IMG/VR virus record: IMGVR_UViG_3300006467_000155
DNA: 31,498 bases
Reading direction: 5' to 3' (one strand)
Source of the DNA: an uncultured virus (IMG/VR IMGVR_UViG_3300006467_000155)
Taxonomy: Duplodnaviria; Heunggongvirae; Uroviricota; Caudoviricetes
Both the position numbers and the translations under genes were made by a program. Positions 24,930 to 31,498 of this stretch are shown here, piece after piece; the first letter of the stretch is position 1; every line of letters starts with the position of its first letter. The notes beneath the pieces were generated by a model. It made no database searches, was not told where the DNA came from, and worked only from the letters and a program-made list of their open reading frames with translations.

Positions 24930-26721
24930 CGATGCCTCCGCACAGTTCGGCTGCACAACCACACAGTTCTGCAGAGCCTTCAAAATCCAGTTCGGTATGG
25001 AACAGCGTCTTGCTGGCCAGCACACTGTTGAACAGTGCCCGCTCAGACTTGCTGAGTCCCACGATCTGGGCCGTTACGCGCTCTACCAAGGCCTTGTCTT
25101 TACCTTTCAGGGCCTCCACCCACTGATCCACCATGTGGACCACTTCGATAGGGCTCTCAGACTTCTGAACGTTCAAGTCTTCCCCTGTGCCGGCCCCGGA
25201 GTCATTACCGGCTTCACCGGGCTTGGCGTCCCCGGGCTGTCCGGGTGTCGGAATAACCGGGCGCTTGGCTTCCATTTCCTTCTCCTTACGGGCGTCATAT
25301 TCCTTCTGGTCAAACTTCAGGCCAAGGCCAGTCGCCTCGTTCAAGGAGGTTACCCAGTCTTCTGCAGAGACAACATCCTTCGCCAGCTCAAGGCCTTTGA
25401 TCTGATGCTCCACATCGGAAACAGTCATTGGCTTGGACCGGTACCAGTAGGTGTCATCACCATCCTGCAGGGCTCTCATCAGAGTCACATTGATGATTTC
25501 ATCGAACTCGTCCCGCTCCGGCTTGAACACTTGGTTCTCAGCGATCATGTAGGATACGAAAGCCGTGGCGTAGTTATGGCCATCAGTCTTACCAATGAAC
25601 AAGGGGGGCAAACGGAAGCTGCTACGAATACGAGCTTCGTTTTTCTCGTTGTAGGCCTCGAACATTGAGTCATTCTTCTGCTCTGCCCCAAAACGCTCAA
25701 CCTTGGCTTCCACCTTACCGGCAGAGTCGATGCTACCCGAGGTTGACTGAACTTCCACCACGGCGGCCCGGGACGTATTCTTACCAGACAGGACATTGGT
25801 TAATGTCTCAATAGACTGATCAGAGGCCGTTCCCCCGGACAGGAAGACAATCGCTGGGGGGATGCCCCCGTTATCGAAGTACTCCAAGTTGAATTCTTCT
25901 GCCTTCCGGGAGCCAACCACGCTCGGAAGCTGGTTGATCCACCGGGGGATACCATAGGGCGTATCCGCGTCTTTCTGTACCTTCAGGTGGATGATCTGGC
26001 TGCCGCGCTTGGCATAAGGCAGGCGCTCCCCCGGCTTGGCCCACTCCCCGGTATCAACGTCAACATCCCGGCTGGCCCCGAATTCCCGGAAGTACACCAC
26101 GCTGGAACCAATCTTCTGAACGAACACCCGCTCCCGAGTGTTGACGGACATTTCTACCTTTGTGCCATTACGCTGAATGGTCTTCTTAACTGGCACCGGA
26201 TCACTCAGCTTGCAGATACGCATGAACTGAGCCTCAAGACACCGGATGAAGACAATCTCATCCTTGGCATTGGTCAGCACTTCCAGATAAGCGTCACCCA
26301 CGGATTCCAGATCACGGCGGGCCTTCCTTCGGAGAGTGGTCATGGACATACCGGGCCAAGGCTCATCAAAGAAATCCTTGATACCCTGAACCCGGTTCTT
26401 GTCCTCATCGGTCATGGGTTCTTCGTCCCGGCGCTCAATTTCATAGCCGGTCCCGTCCACGTTCACTTCCATGGCTGCAATACACTGGCCAAGGGTGTTG
26501 TTCTCCTGACGGAATCTCAGCAAGCGGGTACGGTCATAGGGAGGACGGATAACCATGTTCTCTGATTTGTCGGGGGAGACATACATCCCCTGAAAGGCGT
26601 CTTCAGCTTCCAACGCCTGAGAACCGACCTCCGAGACCTCCTTCTTCTCAACCTTGACCTCATGAACCACATACTTATTCGTTGACAGTTCGGACTCAGA
26701 GCCCTTCTTTTGGTCGCTCAC
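24916..26721 (-). CDS. Phage portal protein
   Basis: RDLESVGDAYLEV, IIHLK......YGIP, YFDNGGIP, IRSSFRLPPLFIG, NYATA. Confidence 0.9.
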   Translation of the reverse strand: MSDQKKGSESELSTNKYVVHEVKVEKKEVSEVGSQALEAEDAFQGMYVSPDKSENMVIRPPYDRTRLLRFRQENNTLGQCIAAMEVNVDGTGYEIERRDEEPMTDEDKNRVQGIKDFFDEPWPGMSMTTLRRKARRDLESVGDAYLEVLTNAKDEIVFIRCLEAQFMRICKLSDPVPVKKTIQRNGTKVEMSVNTRERVFVQKIGSSVVYFREFGASRDVDVDTGEWAKPGERLPYAKRGSQIIHLKVQKDADTPYGIPRWINQLPSVVGSRKAEEFNLEYFDNGGIPPAIVFLSGGTASDQSIETLTNVLSGKNTSRAAVVEVQSTSGSIDSAGKVEAKVERFGAEQKNDSMFEAYNEKNEARIRSSFRLPPLFIGKTDGHNYATAFVSYMIAENQVFKPERDEFDEIINVTLMRALQDGDDTYWYRSKPMTVSDVEHQIKGLELAKDVVSAEDWVTSLNEATGLGLKFDQKEYDARKEKEMEAKRPVIPTPGQPGDAKPGEAGNDSGAGTGEDLNVQKSESPIEVVHMVDQWVEALKGKDKALVERVTAQIVGLSKSERALFNSVLASKTLFHTELDFEGSAELCGCAAELCGGIGGDS

Positions 26722-26763
26722 AGCTATCTCCTAATCATCCCGGGTTTTGTCAAGAATACAGCC

Positions 26764-29700
26764 TCAGGCCGCCTCTTGCATATCTCCCATGTTGGGTCCG
26801 TACTCGTAATCCACATCGAAGTGCAACTGGGGATTCCAGCCCACCTTCTCGAACGGCAGGTTCTCCATAATCTCCCGCACCAGAGGCACCCAATAGTCGA
26901 ACTCGTCTTCCTTCACATAGGCAGTCAGGGCGTCATGGGTCATGGCAAAGAACCGACAACCATCGGGCTCTCCATAATTCTGGTGGAACTCAGCCAGTGC
27001 CCAGCAACTCATGTCTGAAAGGGTAGCCTGAATCGGTGAGTTTATCGACTGTCTTTCAGCCTTGGACCGAGTGGCATTATCCCGAGCATTGATCAGCGGC
27101 AGGTGACGTACCCTACCCAGTGGTGACCTGATGTGGCCATGGTGGTGAGCGAACTTCTTGAAGTTTACGTGCCAGTCCGGGAGGCCAGCATACAGGGCGA
27201 AGAAGGCGTCCCGCTGTTTCTCGGCTTCCTCCAAGGTCAGCACCACCCCATAGGTGGCAAAGGCGTAGGCTTGGTAGCCGGCTGCCGACATGCCATAGAT
27301 CAGTCCGAAGTTACCGGCTTTCCCACCTTGCCGGATTTTCTTGATCAGCTTTTGCTGCTCCTCGTCATCTGACTTCTTCATGGCCAGCGCATCAGTAATA
27401 TCAATGCCGTTCAACTGCGCTCCCGTTCTCAGGTGGAGGTCAATACCCTGTCGGTAGGAATCCAGCATGTTCGGCTCATTGGCCACGCAAGCCGTGATCC
27501 GTAGCTCACCTTGAGAGTAGTCCCAGTTCACGACTATGTACCCGGGCGGGGCTATGTACCCTCGCCGTAATTCTTGGGCCCAGTTCGTGTGCTTTGGTAC
27601 GGTCTGGAAGGCCGGGTCTTTAAACGCCAGCCGGCCAGTCAGGGTTCCAGAATCATCCGAGTCCCCATAGGCTCCCTTGTAGAGGATCGCCGTTGGGTGC
27701 AAGCGACCGTCTGCCCTCAGGTGACTCATGAAACCAGTGACATAGGTGCCCAGTGTTTTCTTGGCCTTACTGTAGTTGCTCAGAGCTTGGATGAAGGGGC
27801 CAGCATCTTGGTGGTCAATAAATTGCTTCAGGTGATCCATGGCCGTAGAGGCATGTTCATGGCCCGGATTATCCTTGGGTGCCTTGGCCGTGTATTCCAG
27901 TGGCTTCAGGTTCAGTCCCCTCGGGCTAAACAGGAAGTCTGTCAGTATGCGGGATCGGGTCAGACTCAGGTTGTCCTTGTACTTCAACTGCAAGCGCCGG
28001 GGTAGCATCTTCATCGCCCGGTCGTTGAGGAACTTCAGTTCTTTCTCCAACTCGGTCTGCAGCTTCATGTAGTGGTCAACGTCTACCAGCACCCCTTCCC
28101 GTTCCATGGCCTCAAAAGCTACCGAAGCTGGGTGCAGGATGGTCTGGTAAAACCGTTTCAACTTGGGGTCTTTGGCCAGTTCCTTTAGCTGAGCATTCGA
28201 CACCCTCAAAGTGGCATCAGTGTCACCCCCGGCGTACAGGAGCAGAGGTTCATCCGGCACCAAGTCCATGCGGCCTTTGTCATACTTCTTGTTGAATGAA
28301 TTATGGGAGGCAATACCTTCCGCCACGAAAGTATGGCAATCCGTTTCAAGGCTCACTACCTCAATAGGTCCAATAGGGGTTACCGATTCCACGTAAACCT
28401 TCTCGGTGCCTGATGGTATGCACTTACCCTCGTACCCATACTTATTCAATAGTCGCACAGGTCTTAGTAACTGCAGCATCTGTAATGTTGGCGCTCCGGA
28501 GTGCTTACTGGTGTGAACTCCATCACTGTTCTTCTGTCGAGAATAAAATCCTGAAAGGCCTATGTTCGCCATACCCTTGCAGTATTTTTTCCAGACAAGT
28601 CCGGGGGCTTGGCTCAAACCAGATACCAACCCCATACCACCAGAAGACAAGTACCCCTCCCCGTCATACAGGCCTGATAAGTACCCTGCCTCCCATGTAT
28701 GTAGGGGCTCCCGGGGATCAATCACGGACATAGCCCTAACACCGGGTTTCAGTTCATAAGCCCGTACCCACTGGAAAGGACCATTGTTCTTGTATCGGTG
28801 AGCCAAGAATCCGTGATCATCACTACAACGGATAGTGACCCCGTTGGAGAACTCTACCTCTACCCCGGATTTCGTTAGGCGCTTGGTAGACACTGCTCTG
28901 GCTCGTCGCATACGGCGGCGTTCGCCCTGAGTAGTGATTTCTTCATCAAACCCAAGAAGCCCATCCCCCGACTTAACATCCCCAATAGGGACCCATCGGA
29001 GGTCATCAGTGCAAACCAGTGTCTCAGGGGCTACACAGTCATCATACCCGCCCATGCTGGTATACACCTTGGCATGGGTGTTCAGGCTGTTGCTCCGGTT
29101 CTCATCCAACAGGGAGCCAACAAGGGTGGTGTCCATTTTGAAGGCTGTGCTTAGCAACCCCCACTTCTCACGAATCCACACGGCGTCATATTTGTAGTTC
29201 GCGCCCCGGAGCCGGATGTTCGGTGAGTTCAGGAGCCAGTTTATCTGGTCGTGCAAAAGGCTCCCTTTCTTCGGTTGGTCATCATGCCCTTGGAATCGGA
29301 TAACATCAGCCATCCCTTCCCGGTAGGTCAGGCTAATCGAGACAATGAAGGTTTCGGGGTTGTAGGGGTCGAGGGTCAGGGTTTCCAAGTCCACTGATAT
29401 GACTGGTTTCTTGCCTTCCTCGTCAATCATCTTTTCCAGCAGGTATACGGCTTCGGTGTAGTCATCAACGTACCGGTAGTCACCAACATCAGGTTCTTCC
29501 TTACCGGTTACCGCCGTTCGGCAGGCCAAGGCCGTGTCCAGCTTCAGGTTCACCCACATACCATAGTCAATGTTCATGATGCCGGCGTCGAAGGTGACAA
29601 AGTACTTCACCCCCTTGTGTTCAATCCCGGTCCCACGGAGTGAGCTTATGGTTCGATTCTTGGGCACAACCTTGGCATCAGCCAGAGCCTTTATCGCTTT

Positions 29701-29859
29701 TGAGCCCATCGCCAACACAACATCCCCCGGACTTGCCGGGGGTAATGTGGTCTGACTGTCTACCACCACCTTGTGTGGGGGTGGCCCCCACCCGGATACG
29801 GTGGGGCCTATGGCTTTTTTGAGTTCTTGTCCACTGGTAGAAGTCCAGAGTATCAACAT
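26764..29859 (-). CDS. Family A DNA polymerase precursor (UDG-like N-domain, 3'-5' exonuclease, intein, polymerase)
   Basis: Exo motifs VDLET, NYKYD, YAGGD; TGRLA, motif A DYSQGELR, motif B RQGGKAGNFGLIYG, motif C THDAL. Start ATG 29859 (TGATG overlap, GGAGG RBS). Confidence 0.95.
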   Translation of the reverse strand: MLILWTSTSGQELKKAIGPTVSGWGPPPHKVVVDSQTTLPPASPGDVVLAMGSKAIKALADAKVVPKNRTISSLRGTGIEHKGVKYFVTFDAGIMNIDYGMWVNLKLDTALACRTAVTGKEEPDVGDYRYVDDYTEAVYLLEKMIDEEGKKPVISVDLETLTLDPYNPETFIVSISLTYREGMADVIRFQGHDDQPKKGSLLHDQINWLLNSPNIRLRGANYKYDAVWIREKWGLLSTAFKMDTTLVGSLLDENRSNSLNTHAKVYTSMGGYDDCVAPETLVCTDDLRWVPIGDVKSGDGLLGFDEEITTQGERRRMRRARAVSTKRLTKSGVEVEFSNGVTIRCSDDHGFLAHRYKNNGPFQWVRAYELKPGVRAMSVIDPREPLHTWEAGYLSGLYDGEGYLSSGGMGLVSGLSQAPGLVWKKYCKGMANIGLSGFYSRQKNSDGVHTSKHSGAPTLQMLQLLRPVRLLNKYGYEGKCIPSGTEKVYVESVTPIGPIEVVSLETDCHTFVAEGIASHNSFNKKYDKGRMDLVPDEPLLLYAGGDTDATLRVSNAQLKELAKDPKLKRFYQTILHPASVAFEAMEREGVLVDVDHYMKLQTELEKELKFLNDRAMKMLPRRLQLKYKDNLSLTRSRILTDFLFSPRGLNLKPLEYTAKAPKDNPGHEHASTAMDHLKQFIDHQDAGPFIQALSNYSKAKKTLGTYVTGFMSHLRADGRLHPTAILYKGAYGDSDDSGTLTGRLAFKDPAFQTVPKHTNWAQELRRGYIAPPGYIVVNWDYSQGELRITACVANEPNMLDSYRQGIDLHLRTGAQLNGIDITDALAMKKSDDEEQQKLIKKIRQGGKAGNFGLIYGMSAAGYQAYAFATYGVVLTLEEAEKQRDAFFALYAGLPDWHVNFKKFAHHHGHIRSPLGRVRHLPLINARDNATRSKAERQSINSPIQATLSDMSCWALAEFHQNYGEPDGCRFFAMTHDALTAYVKEDEFDYWVPLVREIMENLPFEKVGWNPQLHFDVDYEYGPNMGDMQEAA
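28300..29037 (-). mobile_element. Intein (246 aa) with a single LAGLIDADG-like motif
   Basis: YDD|CVAPETLV N-terminus, block B CSDDHGF, YLSGLYDGEG, block F/G VVSLETDCHTFVAEGIASHN|S. Confidence 0.92.
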
Positions 29860-30275
29860 CAGGCGGCTTCCTCCCACTCCTCGCCGTTCAGGGTAAAGCT
29901 GGCAACGACTGCAGGCTTGGTTACTTTGTAGAGTTCATCAATGCTGCCAGCGTCTTCCCACTTGAAGTCCAGCCCCAGCTTAGACTTTGACATTAATGTC
30001 AGAGCCAGCCATGAGCCGGAGACTGGGTGGTGGGTGCTATCCACCATCATCACCAAATCAGAACTGGACTCGGAATCCTTTACGGCCAAGTCCAGAATCA
30101 AGGTGGTAGAGGCAGTCCCAAAATCCAGTGTCTTGGTCACTTTGAATCTGAACTCAATGTTAGACCATGGCAGGGTGAAAGTCTGCTCTCCTCGCACCTT
30201 GGATTCCTTCGTCAGGATCATGTGCATGTTCAGGGCGTCACAAATAGGGTAGACCCGGGTTCTCATCTGGCTCAT
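29859..30275 (-). CDS. Hypothetical protein
   Basis: ORF with AAGGAGG RBS, coupled to the polymerase start. Confidence 0.7.
   Translation of the reverse strand: MSQMRTRVYPICDALNMHMILTKESKVRGEQTFTLPWSNIEFRFKVTKTLDFGTASTTLILDLAVKDSESSSDLVMMVDSTHHPVSGSWLALTLMSKSKLGLDFKWEDAGSIDELYKVTKPAVVASFTLNGEEWEEAA
29988..30001. repeat. Intragenic copy of the palindrome TGACATTAATGTCA
   Basis: Exact copy ~130 bp upstream of the polymerase start. Confidence 0.75.
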
Positions 30276-30510
30276 GCGACTGTACCTCCTTGGGTTATGA
30301 GTTTGCCACCAGACATGGCCAGCACGGTATCACCGACCTTGGTGTTGAAGTAGTGCACGGCTACCTGCACAGCTTGTTGTTGCCTTCCTCGTCCTTCCGG
30401 ATTTCGGTCACCTGCAACACTGTGCGTTCCTTCGATAGGCCGGGGAACAGGGGGTCAGCCTCAATGGTATTCCCCACCTGCAGGCCCATGAATTGCTCTT
30501 TCTTCAGCAT
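30272..30510 (-). pseudogene. Small gene apparently split by a 1-nt frameshift
   Basis: ATG 30510 frame stops at TAG 30361-30363; the -1 frame continues VQVAVHYFNTKVG... to TGA 30272-30274, in ATGA overlap with the next gene. Confidence 0.45.
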
Positions 30511-30512
30511 GG

Positions 30513-31289
30513 TTATGCTCCTTGGTTCCAGAGGAAGTCCACCTTGGGTGCCGGGGTCTCCCAGTTCATGTTAAGCCCGAAAAGCACCGAGCCAATGGTG
30601 CGTCTGGCCATGTCCTGATTGCCTACTTCCAAGTGCATGGAGGCATGGGCATCTGAGGCCATGGAGATTCCCAAAGTGGCCAGCTCGTCTTTGTAGTTCT
30701 GAACGTCACCTTCAATCCGGATGGAGAGCTTGCCGTTCTTGACCCGGGCCGCCACCTTCAGGTCATGGCTCCGGGCAATCAGGAAGTACTTGCTCTCACT
30801 GTTGGTACCACTGATCGGCTGGTACATGTGTTCCGCTTCAGTCAGAGGCAACTTACTGCTGCTCATCATTTTCTTTATTTCAGTGTCCGATATGGAATTG
30901 GCTGCCGGGGCCGGCGCATGTTTCTTCTGGCTGCTTTTGATCAGCGGCTCTTTGAAGACATTGGCTATCTCATCATCACCACTGCCGGGGCCGGGGACTT
31001 CAGGGGCCCCCATCTTCTCCTCCACCTTTTTAAAGGTGGTCTGCACCATGTGCTGAAGGTGCTCAAGACTGTTCTTCTTGAGTGCCCCCTTTTTGGCCAG
31101 AGTCAGGATACCCGGCTGAAACACCGCCTTCTCATACAGGCCGTTGTTATGGCTGAAAGCAATGCTGGTAGAGGTTATCGTGCAGTCAACACCAGAATCC
31201 AACACATGCTTGGCCGCATGTTCGGGTATGCCGAGTGATGCCAGCGTTTTCAGCGTTTCTGAATTTCCCATCTTGATTTTGACTCCCAT
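30513..31289 (-). CDS. Hypothetical protein
   Basis: 258-aa ORF with GGAGG RBS after promoter 31325-31353. Confidence 0.8.
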   Translation of the reverse strand: MGVKIKMGNSETLKTLASLGIPEHAAKHVLDSGVDCTITSTSIAFSHNNGLYEKAVFQPGILTLAKKGALKKNSLEHLQHMVQTTFKKVEEKMGAPEVPGPGSGDDEIANVFKEPLIKSSQKKHAPAPAANSISDTEIKKMMSSSKLPLTEAEHMYQPISGTNSESKYFLIARSHDLKVAARVKNGKLSIRIEGDVQNYKDELATLGISMASDAHASMHLEVGNQDMARRTIGSVLFGLNMNWETPAPKVDFLWNQGA

Positions 31290-31324
31290 TTAGTCACCCT
31301 CCGTGAATTGTTTGGGATACCATC

Positions 31325-31353
31325 AGTATCTAACAGTTCAGGGCGTTTGTCAA
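31325..31353 (-). promoter_or_regulatory. sigma70-type promoter TTGACA-N17-GATACT
   Basis: -35 at 31348-31353, -10 at 31325-31330. Confidence 0.85.
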
Positions 31354-31498
31354 AGGTTTTTGGCTTTGTGAACCTTGTTGCCGACCCCAGCTTTGCGGTC
31401 CCCATGGATGCAGTGACTCACTCTCATGGGGCTCAGGCGTTCATCCCCTTGTGGAGACTTACTGTAGTTTGCAGGCGGCATGGACGGGTGCTTCGCCG

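Noticed and set aside
26723..26753. TTGACA upstream of the portal gene as another family promoter
   Set aside because: At 17-bp spacing the -10 position reads GAGATA and overlaps the RBS; too close to the start codon.
30361..30363. TAG read-through or alternative genetic code
   Set aside because: The long genes are intact under the standard code, and in-frame read-through gives an unconvincing sequence; a frameshift explains it better.
31350..31498. 3' end of an upstream gene at the right edge
   Set aside because: Two minus-strand frames are plausible and too little sequence is visible to choose.
1..31498. tRNA genes, integrase/att sites, reverse transcriptase or DGR
   Set aside because: No cloverleaf, recombinase or RT motifs, or long near-duplicate repeat pairs were recognised by eye.

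Overview
A 31.5-kb segment of a tailed dsDNA bacteriophage (or prophage-like element) genome. Essentially all genes are on the minus strand; the many plus-strand ORFs look like shadows. In transcription order (right to left): hypothetical genes; family A DNA polymerase with an N-terminal UDG-like domain and a 246-aa intein in its exonuclease domain; portal; MuF-type head morphogenesis protein; Ycf46-like AAA+ ATPase; a lambda O-like wHTH initiator holding four 22-bp iterons; a degenerate DnaC-like loader; DnaB helicase; a DUF6011-like protein; primase; SSB; SF2 helicase; MerR-like HTH; RecA; three nucleases (PD-(D/E)xK, Cas4-like, RuvC-like); a block of small early-type genes; a SWIM/MgsA-like protein; and a SAM methyltransferase - WbqC-like - GT4 glycosyltransferase cluster that runs off the left edge. 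Non-coding signals include nine near-identical sigma70 promoters (TTGACA-N17-GATACT type), a 14-bp palindrome TGACATTAATGTCA (six exact copies, four at fixed spacing upstream of promoters), a candidate ~73-nt sRNA complementary to phage ribosome-binding sites, a hairpin-rich leader, and apparent complete avoidance of RGATCY. All family calls come from motif recognition by eye, not from database searches.
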